Shown piece by piece: positions 36,868-49,888 of a DNA stretch of 64,000 bases. A program made the position numbers and the translations under genes. The notes below the pieces were generated by a model. That model was not told the origin of the DNA. It searched no databases and saw nothing but the letters and a program-made list of their open reading frames with translations. The first letter of the stretch is position 1, and every line of letters starts with the position of its first letter. This stretch comes from Stegostoma tigrinum (Eukaryota): contig NC_081379.1 in assembly GCF_030684315.1 (NCBI RefSeq), positions 42,530,381 through 42,594,380 on the forward strand, read 5' to 3'.

Positions 36868-37055
36868 CTCCAGAGATAATGCGAACTGCAGATGCTGAAG
36901 AATCTGAGGTAACAAGGTGTAGAGCTGGATGAATACAGCAGGCCAAGCAGCATCAGAGGAGCAGGAAAGCTGACGTTTCGGGTCTGGACCGTCAGCTTTC
37001 CTGCTCCTCCGATGCTGCTTGGCCTGCTGTGTTCATCCAGCTCAACAACACCTTG
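36868..37055. mobile_element. Short Penelope-derived fold-back insert
   Basis: Inverted arms. 10-bp TSD TTAACCAATG at 36858-36867 and 37056-37065. Confidence 0.82.
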
Positions 37056-38508
37056 TTAACCAATGTTGGATCTGTGATTATCTGTGTTTGGTCGAAAATC
37101 ATTGAATCCAAAATCACTAGTGTCGAGTCATTCTCCGTGTTTACGCTACCATCTTCCTCATTCAAATCGTTGTATTTCCTCAGTGCAGCGACGCAGGTCA
37201 GAAACAATTTACAGGCACTTAACAAATTGACTCAGAGTAGATCAGGAGGACTTCCGTCAATTTCATTCATTCAGACCTTTGGAATCGGTGATATTTTGAT
37301 GACATTCCATGCGACTGAGCATGTCCGAATCCTGCAGAGGACACACAGACAATGTATTAAGGTGAGATCAGTGCTACGAGGTTTTCATTGTGAGAAAACC
37401 TAAATGAATCCGGTTCTATTCGAACTTTATATCATTCTGTGCTGACAATGTTCGGAACTCCAAGCCGCTCCCGCGCAGGAAGCTGAAAACCAACATAATT
37501 GCTGACGGGGGTCAGTGTTTTGAGGCCAGTGTTTTACATCATGGATTGTTGGGTACCCATTGTGCGCAGCTGTTAAGAGTAGGATCAACAAAGCTACGGT
37601 GTGCTGAGCAAGGAAGCAGACATTTTTCTTTAAAACAGCGGGAAAGATAATGGGTCTGGTGGTTGAAAGGATACGATCGGCCTTCTTTTCAAACCGACGC
37701 AGTCTTTCAGATGTTATCATCTGTGGCCTTCATAACCCCACTCTAAAAGCTGAAAACATACTTGAAAATGCTTGCGCGATTCCACTGAAAGCAGCACAGC
37801 GATATCAGCGTCGTTCTGAATGCGGGAGGACAATGTAGCGTTTTGCTGCAACGCCGTCTCACTCTTCTCGAAGCAGTGAAAACCGCTCAGTCCAAGATTT
37901 TCTCTGTCTTACATTTCGCATTAATCTCCGATGACTCTAGTGAACATTTTGTTTTGCGCTGGGTTCAGCCAGTGATAATCACGTAGATCCAATTCTGCAT
38001 AAGCGCAATCATGGCCAAATTGTTTTGTTAGCAAGTCAATGGACTATTTATTTCTGTCCATCCAATTGCTCGGGAGTGTCTCTGAATAGTTTTTTTTAAA
38101 ATCGTTGCCCCTGTACCTGCGCTCTCTCAAGTGTTGCTCGCTGAGTAGTCTGTGTCAGTGAGCGCAGTAAAACATAAAATATCGATAGTCTAACAGTGTG
38201 TGTAATAATCATTATTTGGCTGCGCAGAATGATCGGGCTAATGTGCAAAATAAAACAGAAAGACTCCCTTTGTCTGACTTGTTCTTTATTTCAATGAGTC
38301 TCTAGTACATTTCTCAAGAGAATGTACTGTAAAATACTTCGCATTTTTACAATAATGGAAACAGATAGGTTAGAATATTATTGGATAGTCCCGCAGGTCT
38401 CCGACTATTTCAGTGTCAGCAAATTGAGCTAAACACCGAATCGTAGGGGTGCCGTGGCAATGGGAACTGGCGACACTTGTCTGATTACTCACATTTTCAA
38501 CTTGCATT

Positions 38509-38610
38509 TAGAACATAGAACATAGAACATAGAACAGTACAGCACAGAACAGGCCCTTCAGCCCACAATGTTGTGCCGACCATTGATCCTCATGTATGCA
38601 CCCTCAATTT
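38509..38610 (-). mobile_element. Very short 3' end of the young CR1 family
   Basis: Nearly identical to the reverse complement of 23030-23125, including the (TAGAACA)n tail. Confidence 0.85.
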
Positions 38611-39299
38611 CTTTTTCGTTGTAGATGTCAAAGTGAATCGTTCAGAATGCAGATAGATTATTCCTCTGAGGCGGGCAATTCTGGTGCTGGTAGGATGCGC
38701 TGATATGGCTGTCATTAAAACTCAATGCCAGAACAAAGTGTAGCGGTTCAGCGTCTACATCAACGATTAGAAAACGTATTTTCATCTTTGCCTCAGATTA
38801 AATAAACCATTTCACTCAGTGTTTATCTCTTCCCTAAGTCGGTGCTAAGGTATATTTAAAAATATAGGAAATAACGACATTCTTGCTGTGACTTTTACAA
38901 CGGGCTGCATCATGAGAATAAATTTGTATAATGAGGAGAAAAAAATAAAGATGCGGCAGATGTTGTTGAAGTCCGTAACACGACCTCAGGCCACTCAATA
39001 CCGTCAATGATAATAAATGGCTCAGCAGGAGTCTGTACCATCTGCAAGATGGACTGCAGGGACTCACCAACTTTCCATGGACATTATTTTCAAAACGCTC
39101 CACCAATACTATTTAAATGGACAATTCCACCACCTGCAAGATCCCCTCCAAGTCACTCACCATCCTGACTTGGAAATGTACCGCCTTTCCTTCACTGTCA
39201 TTGGCTTAAAGTGTTAAAGTCATGGAATCTTCTTCCGTGTGTGTCGAACTACAGTACAAGAACTGCAGCGGTTCAACAGACAGCTCACCACCACTTTAA

Positions 39300-39855
39300 G
39301 ACCACAAGACATAGGTGTGGAAGTAAGGCCATTCGGCCCATCGACTCCGCTCCGTCGTTTAATCATGGCTGATGGGCATTTCAACTCCACTCTCCCCGTA
39401 GCCCTTAATTACTTGCGAGATCAAGAATTTATCGATTTCTGCCTTGAAGACATTTAACGTCCCGGCCTCCGCTACGCTCCGTGGCAATGAATTCCACAAG
39501 CCCACCAGCCTCCGGCTGAAGAAATGTCTCCTGATTTCCGTTCTAAATTTACATCCTCTAATTCTAAGGCTGTGCCCACGGGTCCTAGTCTCCCCGCCTA
39601 ACGGAAACAACTGCCCAGCGTCTACCCTTTCTAAGCCATACATTATCTTGTAAGTTTCTATTAGATATCCCCTCAACCTTCTAAACTCTAATGAGTGCAA
39701 TCCCAGGATCCTTAGCCGTCACGTTAAACCTACCATTCCAGGGATCATCCGTGTGAATCTCCGCTGGATACGTTCCAGCGCCAGTATGTCCTTTCTGAGC
39801 TGTGGGGCCCAAAATTGGACACAGTATTCTAAATGGGGCCTAATTAGAGCTTTCT
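39300..39855 (-). mobile_element. CR1 3' fragment
   Basis: Minus-strand peptide SLEFRRLRGYLIETYKI..TRGHSL..LWNSLP. Confidence 0.85.
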
Positions 39856-41451
39856 CAGCGGAAATTAGGAACGGCTAATAATTGCTGGTTAGCCAGCGAC
39901 AGCACATTACTGACTCAGCACAAAGAGAAGTATTTCAGAAGAGCAGAGACCGCTGAAATGGAAAAAGAGCTGCAGATCAGTTGAACACAGTAAGGACCTC
40001 TAAACAGCCCTGCGATACTGAGCAGCTTATTTTAGAGAGACAGAGTCGACCAGTGTATGTTTGAATTTAATACTTGCAAATTAAAGTTAGATCGGGGATA
40101 ACAATATCCAAAGTGGACTTAATCGGTTAATATGACAGAGGTTACTCTTTGGAAAATACTTTCTTTTCGAAACTGTATCTTTTGGTACTCTGGCACCACG
40201 GATATTTTTGATTCTCATACCTCAAATGCGTTAGGAGGGCCCTATGCAATTTGCCAGAGCATTCTCGATAACAGGCGGGCGGTATTAAGGGATGATCAAT
40301 ATGCCGAACTCTTAAGCAGTTGATTACTTCCATCAACAGAAGATACAGATGAAACCAACTCAGATTTTCAGAGAAATGTTTTAAAATCCTGCATCAAGCT
40401 TATCACTGACTCAATGAAGCATATATTTAGTACATAATCTTCTTTCTTTAGATTGACTGAAGTATACAACTTCTACACTAGAAGTAGATGAGAAATTTGA
40501 GACAGCTGTCTCAAGTGTGAAAAAATTGGTTAATACCTAATGAAACGTGCGAGGGTTTTGTGAGACTTTTACAGAGCTGTGTTCAGCGATGGCACCATGC
40601 AACAAAAATTATACTGAAGCACTGAAGGTGTGAAAAATTGTTGCAAGATAATTAGGAGAATTGAGGTTTCATAATTAAATAGATAGATGCACTATCTCCT
40701 TTCTGAAAAATAAAGGACTGAATAGTTTTAACAATGGACTCGAACATAATGAAAAACTGAAGCAGAGGACTCAAAAAATCAAATTCCGCTGTGGTTGATT
40801 CCAAAGCAAGGAGCTGTTAACAAAAAGGTGGCTACCCTTAATTGGTTCAAGCTTTACCTTCTCCAGAAGTATGAGTAATAACGTTTCTGAACAGGTGGAT
40901 TACAAAAGGAGGTTAAAACAATAAAGCTAACCTATTCTCGCTCCCTACCTCCCCTCACTTTTGATGGTTCGTATTGTCCACAACAGACTCATAAATATTC
41001 AGTTGGCTACGCTGGTGTTCTACTTGTGTGCAATGACACAACCTACTGCTCAATGTTCACCCCCTCTCAGTCCCAGGCGTGTGGAGACCGCATGGTCAGT
41101 AGGTTAAAAGCGTTAGGCTGACCACGCTTGGGCTGCTGGTGGTACAGTGTTAGTGTCCCTACCTCTGAATTAGGAGAACCTGGGATCAAGTCCTACCTGC
41201 TCCAATGGTTTCTAGTCAGGAACTGGTTAGAAATATCTATTGAGCAAACCCAGTGGATGCCCTTTTTAAAATTAAGTATCGAAACGAATGGAAATTAATT
41301 CAAACTCAGTCAGCACCGTCATAGGGGTCAACGCAATTTCTGTCGAACTGTTTCAGCAAGTCCTGAATTAGTCTAGGATCTAAACTGTCACTTTTACTAA
41401 CGTCTGAGGAGCCAATTCGAAGGATCCAATTACAAGCCGCGACGTGTAACA

Positions 41452-42143
41452 ATTTGCATAAATAGGTGGGACTTGCCATGTAGATATTCTTAAAGACAGG
41501 TTGAGAAGTCGCCGTATCATTAAGATCAAGGATATTAGGTTCCATCAGTGGGGAAACATTTTGTCTTAACTTTGATTTCAAAAATCTACAAAATGAGGGA
41601 GTGGCTTCGTGTTCTCCTCGCCCTGCTAATTGGTTTGCAATGTACGTACGCCACTGTCAATCACTATTTTTTTAGTTCTCTTTGTATTGCTGTTCTTGGC
41701 ATGATTCTGATGATTACAGTAATTGATGTGGTTGAAACTGAATTACATCATTCGACAGCGGTTTCGAGGACTGCCGTTTGACATTAACTTCTTATTTTGC
41801 CAGGTGCTGACGCTGAAACCGTGCTGTCCCAGCCAGGGTCCATCTCAAGCTTGTTGGGGAAAACGGTCACGATTACTTGTTCGGAGGCAGAGTAGCCAGC
41901 TACCGCACGGACTGGTACTGGCAGAAACGCGACAGCGCCCCCGCCTGTGTTTGGAAGGATTATGTTTCTAGCAGAGGCGCTGGGATTCCTGTTTGATTCA
42001 CTGGGCCCAGGGACACGTCGAGTAACCTGATTCGTCTAACTATTTCCAATGTACAGGCCGAAGATGTCGCTATTATTGCGGCGCTTGGCATGCCACCTAT
42101 GGTGGATTCACTTTCGGGAAAGGGACGAAACTGAGTGTGGGCG
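41452..42143 (+). pseudogene. Ig lambda pseudogene 3: octamer, leader (41593-41641), joined VJ (41804-42143)
   Basis: ATTTGCAT at 41452-41459. Leader MREWLRVLLALLIGLQ. V ETVLSQPGSISSLLGKTVTITC, then frameshift, in-frame TGA and a second frameshift. Junction YYCGAWHATYGGFTFGKGTKLSVG + GTAAGT. Confidence 0.9.
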
Positions 42144-43274
42144 GTAAGTCCAACCTTTGCTGTTTAAGTCTTGGATTCTTGAATTTCGAGTCCAGAAGGT
42201 CTGAACGGATTTGGTTGCAAACACAAAAACTGCTATGGAATTTGCATTGACCATTCCTCCATTAGCTCTTGCTATTAAGATGGAAACGCGTTTCTACTTT
42301 GTTGGTTAAATGCTCCAGAAAATATCAAACCAAAATAACGATGTTAGTGATGCCAGCGTAAAATCTTCTGATCAATTATTTTCGACGGGGCTCGGATGCA
42401 ATTGACTTCCTTCCTACTTAATTACAATTCCTTGCTGTTTTAAAACTTACTTCTAATGCATGTCAATCTGAATGAGATCCTGCTGAACATCATGTAGATA
42501 TTTGCAGTCGACTTCCACGTCCTCCTGCTGTAATTATTGCTGCCTGAAAGACTTTATTTAGCGGAAGCTTTAACCAGACACGGCAGCATTAATATTCCAA
42601 ATCAGGGAAAATTAAATGATACTTAAACTCAATGGATATGGAAAGTTATTGCCCGATTTTCAATGTTGTGATTCACTTTAAACATAAATTCGTAACTTCA
42701 CCAGCAACTAATGAATAACAATAATATGTGGTGGTAAGCTTAAAAATAATATAACCTGCATATGATATGAATTTAATGCATTTTTGATATTGATATTATC
42801 AAAGATAAAGTGAGTATAGTGGTTTGCTGTAAACATCGGAAGTAAAAGACTGGAGTAGGCATTCTACCCCTCGAGCCAACTCTGCCATTCATTATGGTCA
42901 GAGCTGATCATCAAGTTCAATACCCAAATCTTGGTTCTCCCCATCCCGCCCCCACACACCCATACCCTTTGATCCCCCTGGCCACAAGATCTACATCTAC
43001 CTCCTCGGAAACATGTACTGATGTGGCCTCATCATCTTCCGTGGTAATGAATTCCACAGGTTCGCCACTCTCAGTGAAGATATTTTGTTCGATTCGTTGC
43101 ATAGTCTTCCTGAGCCAACGATTCTGTGATTAATTAATGAACAACCTCTCACTATACAGCACATGACTTGCACTATTAGATAGTAAAGTCATTGAAAATG
43201 CAAATAATTGATTTTGACTGTTTAAATCTAACTCGCAATCGATACTTACACGTTGTTTCCAACTTCCTCTCCAG

Positions 43275-43528
43275 ATCCGCGGCCTCCATCTGTCTCCCTC
43301 CTTCCGCCTTCATCGGTTCAAATTACAGAAAAGAACAAGGCGATCCTGGTGTGTTTAGTCAGCGGCTTCATCCCGGGCGCTGTGGAGATTGAGTGAACGG
43401 TCGACGGCGGTGGCAGGGGAGATGCTGTTGAGACCAGTCGGAACCAGCAGGAGAAGGATAACACGTTCAGTGTGAGCAGTTATCTGACCCTGTCAGCCTC
43501 AAGTGTCAAAAGATCCAGTTGTGTGTGA
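43275..43528 (+). pseudogene. Ig lambda pseudogene 3 constant exon
   Basis: Homologous to 25864-26186. Conserved Trp mutated to TGA (43394-43396). An internal deletion removes the second Cys strand. Confidence 0.92.
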
Positions 43529-45144
43529 TGCAAGAATCGTACGTAAACTGCTATTGTACCATGAATAGACTTCAGTTGAACAGTATTCGAGCTTAAAGGT
43601 TGAAGGGTTTTTTTTATTTTAATTGCTGTTTTGGAAATTACCACAATGTGTGGTCAATTTGTATGTTTGACTCCACTGGGCGTGACTCTGTATTGGTCTC
43701 ACCTCTATCATTGAGTATAATAAATTCATTCTCCCAATGTCTCAGTTGATGTTCTCATTTTCTTGCTTTACTTATCTTCGAACGTATGTCATTTTTACGT
43801 GTCAAAATTACGAAGTTCCATGTCTTATAATATTTTACCAAATTATACTAAGCTTTAGGTAAAAAGATATTCGATTGAGAAATCATTTGGTAACGGTGTA
43901 ACTTGTCAAAAGCAAATTTGACTAAATTTCGCTTATATATTGACTGAATTGCAGTCAATCCAAGTGTAAGGTGTGTATGTATTCAGTGAGGGGCCCTAAT
44001 CAATTGGCACGAACAGATTGTATTTGGAGTGCATGCTTTGAGAAGTAGTGACACTACAAGGGAAAATCTAGGAGTAACTTTTAAAACACAATGCAATGAA
44101 AAAAAATTACACACAAACACGCACACACGCAGGTCTATAACTCAGGGACGCAAAGATTCGGCGGTGGCCAGTCTTGGGACGAAAGGCAGCCCTTGAACAA
44201 TGGATCTGGAATCGTCTGATGAGTAACAGGGGTAGAAAGTAGCTGATGAAAGGGACAAATAAAGAAATTGCTGGAGAAACTCAGCAGATCTGGCAGTATC
44301 GGTGGCAAGAAAGCAGAGTTAACGCTGCAAGCCCGGTGACTCTTCATCAGATCAGAGCTGAGCGGGATCTCTGTATGCCTAGTTTGGCTGTGGAGGGCTT
44401 AGTGTTCAGGTGAAAGGTCGGGGCTGAATTTTCCGAGAAGTCGTCCTGAGACATCACAATTCATTCAGATGCAGTCCCCTTTTGGAAGGAAGTCCCGCCT
44501 TAGAGCGAAGGCGCCTGATCTCTGTAGCTCTGGAGCTCAGGGACGCAAAGATCAAGCGGCGGCCAGTCTTGGGACGACAGGCAGCCCCTGAGAAGGAAAA
44601 GTGAAGGAGCCAGGACTCAGAGATGGAAGTGCGGTAATTGAAAAGTCCCGCGAGCCTGTGTTTTGATGGTCAATGTTGAGTGCCGAAGTGTGGACTGCTG
44701 TAATTTTGATTATTGCCAGGGGGGTCTCTAAAGTAGCCACTTACCCCGGCCCGCGCGGTCTGTCCGCCTGGCCTCGCCTCCCCTTGCTGCACGCAAAACT
44801 GCGGCGGAGGCGGAACACTAACTTGTAATGGACATTAATCAGTGACGAATGAATTTCAATAGATCTTAATTGTAAGACTTCCTGATATCATCCCCACCCA
44901 TTGCTATACAGGATTCTGGGGTGGGAGGAAAAGCGTCAGAATGGCCCAATGCATCATTTTACGAAACCCCTTCAAATGCACAGATTGGTAGGAGAGATCC
45001 TAAAATCAATCCTGATAACGATATTTCCTCCAGCGCAGATGCTGCCAGATCAAGTGTTTTCAGCGAGTTACTTTGTTTTACGATCTTAGTTCAGCGAAAT
45101 TGTATAAATCTGAAAGATGATGACAAAGATCCGTTTTAAGTCTG

Positions 45145-47354
45145 AGATAATGGAAACTGCAGATGCTGGAGAATCCAAGATAATAAAGTATGAAGCTGGA
45201 TGAACACAGCAGGTCAAGCAGCATCTCAGGAGCACAAAAGCTGACGTTTCTGGCCTGGACCCTTCATCAGAGAGAGGGATGGGGAGAGGGAAATGGAATA
45301 AATGGGGAGAGAGGGGGAGGCGGATCGAAGATGGAGAGAAAAGAAGATAGGTGGAGAGGAGAGTATAGGTGGGGAGGTAGGGAGGGGATAGGTCAGTCCA
45401 GGGAAGACGGACAAGTCAGGGAGTTGGGATGAGGTTAGTAGATAGGAAATGGAGGTGCGGCTTGAGGTGAGAGGAAGGGATGGGTGAGAGAAAGAACAGG
45501 TTAGGGTGGCAGAGACAGGCTGGGCTGGTTTTGGGATACAGTGGGGGGAAAGGGATGAGCTGGGCTGGTTGTGTGATGCAGTGGAGGGAGGGGACAAACT
45601 GGGCTGGTTTTGGGATGCGGTGGGGGAAGGGGAGATTTTGAAGCTGGTGAAGTCCACATTGATACCATTGGGCTGCAGGGTTCCCAAGCGGAATATGAGT
45701 TGCTGTTTCTGCAACCTTCGGGTTGCATCATTGTGTCACTGCAGGAGGCCCATGATGGACATGTCATCTAAAGAATGGGAGGGGGAGTTGAAATGGATCC
45801 CGACTGGGAGGTGTAGTTGTTTATTGTGAACCGACCGGAAGTGTTCTGCAGAGCGGTCCCCAAGCCTCCGCTTGGTTTCCCCAATGTAGAGGAGGCCACA
45901 CCGGGTGCAATGGATACAGTACACATCATTGGCAGATGTGCAGGTGAACCTCTGCTTAATATGGAAAGTCATCTTGGGGCCTGGGATGGGGGTGAGGGAG
46001 GAGGTGTGGGGGCAAGTGTAGCACTTCCTGCGGTTTCTGGGGAAGGTGCTGGGTGTGGTGGGGTTGCAGGGCAGTGTGGAGCGAACAAGGGAGTCACGGA
46101 GAGAGTGGTCTCTCCGGAAAGCAGACAAGGGTGGGGATGGAAAAATGCCTTGGGTGGTGGGGTCGGGTTGTAGATGACGGAAGTGTCGGAGGATGATGCG
46201 TTGTATCCGGAGGTTGGTGGGGTGGTGTGTGAGAACGAGGGGGTTCCTCTTGGGGCGGTTGTTGCCGGGGCGGGGTGTGAGTGATGTGTTGCGGGAAATG
46301 CAGGAGACAGGGTCAAGGCACCCCACCAGATCTCCCTCGTCCTCACATACCACCCCACCAACCTCCGGATACAACGCAAATTCCTCCGACACTTCCGCCA
46401 TCTACAATCCGACCCCACCACCCAAGACATTTGTCCATCCCCTTGTCTGCCTTCCGGAGAGACCACTCTCTCCGTGACTCCCTTGTTCGCTCCACACTCC
46501 CCTCCAACCCCACCACACGCGGCACCTTGCCCTGCAACCGCAGGAAGTGCTACACTTGCCCCCACACCTCCTCCCTCAGCCCCATCCCAGGCCCCAAGAT
46601 GGCCTTCTATATTAAGCAGAGGTTCACCTGCACATCTGCCAATGTGGTATACTGTATCCACTGTACCCGGTGTGGCTTCCTCTACACTGGGGAAACCAAG
46701 CGGAGGCTTGGGGACTGCTTTGCAGAACACCTCCGCTCGGTTCGCAATAAACAACAGCAGCTCCCAGTCGCGAACCATTTTAACTCCCCCTCCCATTCCT
46801 CAGACGACATGTCCATCCTGGGCCTCCTGCAGTGCCACAATGATGCCGCCCGAAGTTTGCAGAAACAGCAACTCATATTCCGCTTGGGAACCCTGCAGCC
46901 CAATGGAATCAATGTGGACTTTACCAGCTTCAAAATCTCCCCTTCCTCCACCGCATCCCAAAACCAGCCCAGTTTGTTCCCTCCCTCCACTGCATCCCAA
47001 AACCAGCCCAGCCTGTCTCTGCCTCCCTAACCCGTTCTCCCTCTCACCCATCCCTTCCTCCCACCTCAAGCCGCACCTCCATTTCCTACCTACTAACCTC
47101 ATCCCACCTCCTTGACCTGTCCGTCTTCCCTGGACTGACCTATCCCCTCCCTACCTCCCCACCTCTGCTCTCCTCTCCACCTATCTTCTTTTCTCTCCAT
47201 CTTCGGTCTGCCTCCCCCCTCTCCATATTTATTCCAGCACCCTCTCCCCATCCCTCTCTCTGCTGAAGGGTCTAGGCCCGAAACGTCAGCTTTGTGCTCC
47301 TGAGAAGCTGCTTGGCCTGCTGTGTTCATCCAGCTTCACACTTTATTATCCCCA
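45145..47354. mobile_element. Large Penelope fold-back: minus-strand 3' fragment (45145 to about 46325) joined to a plus-strand 3' fragment (about 46330-47354)
   Basis: GIY-YIG peptides on both strands. 11-bp TSD TTTTAAGTCTG at 45134-45144 and 47355-47365. Confidence 0.92.
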
Positions 47355-48399
47355 TTTTAAGTCTGCAAGCTACCATGGGTAGCATCGTTTGTACGCCACT
47401 TGTATTCATTTTATCTATGAGAATCTAAACCTGTGGTCTGCGCTGTCCAGTAGCAAAAATCGTCTGTCACTTTGGCAAAATGTGCGTTTGTGTTAGAATA
47501 TGTTAAACCATCTTGAAAGTAAAGCTGGGCAAATGGAGCATCGTCGTTAGCGATGGGTATCTGACCAGACATTCTGAGAAAAACCACTCCTGAGGCTAGT
47601 CTAACCCTTATGAGAGAGAATTGGGGAGCAGGAATCGAAGCTTGCGTTGAGAAAATGTGGAAGCTTTTGGAAATTTGAAACATTGTGCGCATAAACACGT
47701 CGCCATGTTGGATCCTTATTCTAAAAGAGTTACATAGCTTACCGTCTGTTTCACAGCTGAGGTGATTTTTTTAATTAACATCCAGGTAAATTATCTTCTG
47801 AAAACATCATCCTCCAAAGTATCATATAGAAAGAAGCTATACACACATTTAGGGCGCATTTTTCCTGCTGACGTCTCAGTAGACTTTGTGTTTCATAAGG
47901 AGCAATGCCGAAAATTGAGTTATAATGTTTAAAGGTGAACTTATATGTGATTTAAATTAGTTTAATTTGATAGGACTGACAGAATTAAAAGTTTCAAAAT
48001 AATCACTTCAACTCTACATTTTAAATGCTCCCAGGTCAAGTTAGATATAGCATTAGGTAAGACAAGGACTCCGAGTATCTGATTTTATTACATGTAATCG
48101 ACGAAGAAACTCATCCAAAATCTTTTTCTTAAGAAGTTGTCAAACCAAGCGTTACCCATCAGAAGCACAAGAGGACATCAAAATCGATTCAGAAACTAGA
48201 TCTTGTACAGGAAATATCTTCTTTCCTTGAAACAATTTAATCAGTACACAAGTTCTTGACTAATTATTTTGACTTCATCTAAAGTCCAGCTGATCTGCAT
48301 CATTGTCCCCAGTTGCCTGGAGAATATTTACCGACGCATGCCAAATCTGGCTCTCAAAACTCTTTAACTTCAGGCGCCGAAATTCCTGTATCATTCACG

Positions 48400-49080
48400 T
48401 GTGTGAAAGGCAGGAAGCCTTTCTGCCGCTGGGAAAACAAGAATATCTTTGAAATCCTGCAAAGCCAATGGCCAGATAGACGTGCCAGTATGAGAGTCCT
48501 TTCCTAAACCAACGTTGGACAGGCCGTGTTGTCTGCATGCCTGGCATAAGACTCCCCAAAAATTGCTCTACCCTGAGCTCCAGAATGGTAAGCGATCACT
48601 AGAAGAGAAGAGGAAATGCTACAAGGGCACCCTGAAAGCCTCCTTTAACAAATGCAACATTCCCACTGGCACATGGGAATCGCTTGCTCTAGAACATACA
48701 AATTGGAGAAGAAGCATTCACAAAGGCTTTTTCCTGATGAAGGGTCTAGGCCCGAAACGTCAGCTTTTGAGATCGTAAGAAGCTACTTGGCCTGCTGCGT
48801 TCATCCACCTTCATACTTCGTTATCTCCCATTCTCCAGCATCTGCAGTTCCCATTATCTCCTCTTCACAAAGGCACCAACTACTTTTGAGCATCACTGAG
48901 CATGCGTAGATCAAACACAAGCAACGGCATGAGTGTACAAGATCCAAAATGTTCCACTTAACTGCTTCAAACGCCACCGGCCCCATCTATGGCAGAGCCT
49001 ATTGCCTCAAGATTGGACTTTCAGCCGCTGCAGAACCTACTTCTCCTCTCTACTATCCAACTCCTCAAGTGGAAGCGAAA
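48400..49080 (+). mobile_element. RTE-clade LINE 3' remnant interrupted by a Penelope mini-insert
   Basis: PQKLLYPELQNGKRS..KCYKGTLKASFNKCNI..WESLA..WRRSIHKG resembles the RTE ORF C-terminus. Confidence 0.6.
48728..48863 (+). mobile_element. 136-bp Penelope-derived mini element beginning at a hammerhead core (48734-48761)
   Basis: CTGATGAAGGGTCTAGGCCCGAAACGTC. 11-bp TSD TTCACAAAGGC at 48717-48727 and 48864-48874. Confidence 0.85.
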
Positions 49081-49561
49081 CATCCTTGAACTTGAGGGAT
49101 TGCCAAAGAAGAAAATGTAGCTCATAAGTCCCAAACTATTCACTCGTACCAAATAGCATATCTCTTTGGATTCTTGCAAAAAGCAAAGTATTGATTACCC
49201 AATCAGACTATGATTACAGTACTTGAAACACCTTGTTTAACATTAGATGTGATTCTGCAATTGGGCATTTGTTGAATAATCATTAGTGTGCAAAGAACTG
49301 CACCGATGAGCAACTCAGGGTTGTCAGTAGGGTTTGCAATGTAATACACTTGTATGCTCTTAAAGCTACACATAGTAATACACAGGGCACTGTTTTTGAC
49401 GACAGAAAGAAAGCGTACACATATTTAGCCTATTTTATCGAACAAAGTATTCAACGTTGTATGGAACTTTTAGATTTTCTGTTTTATTCTAAGATTTAGT
49501 AATTTTGTATCTTCGGAGACGTTTACAAATACGTGTTGTTGACAACATGTGGGCACACCTC

Positions 49562-49888
49562 GGGGCTGCTCAGTGGCGCAGTGGTTAACATTTCCGCCTC
49601 ACAGCACCAAAGACTGCTTCAGTTCCAGCCTCGGTTGACTGTGGGTGTGGAGTGTACATATTCTTCTTATGCCTGTGAGGGTTTCCTCCCGCAGTCTAAA
49701 AATGTGCATGTTAGATGGTTCAGCCATGCTAAATTACCAATAGTGCCCAATGATGTGCAGATTAGGTGAATTAGCTGTGGGCATTACAGGGAGAGGTTGG
49801 GGGGCGTGAATCTCGAGGCATTCTCTTCAGTGAGTTGGTGTGGGCTTGTTGAGCTGAATGGCCTGTTTCCACACTGGAGGGATTCTAT
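49562..49888 (+). mobile_element. tRNA-derived V-SINE (HE1-like), degraded
   Basis: A-box-like GTGGCGCAGTGGTTAAC, GCCTCACAGC, GGGTTTCCTCC, GCCATGCTAAATT core and CR1-like tail. Confidence 0.75.

Noticed and set aside
28786-37065. MITE / DNA-transposon terminal inverted repeats or CRISPR-like arrays
   Set aside because: The arms are Penelope 3' sequence with variable lengths, an asymmetric tail and variable TSD length. There is no regular repeat-spacer array.
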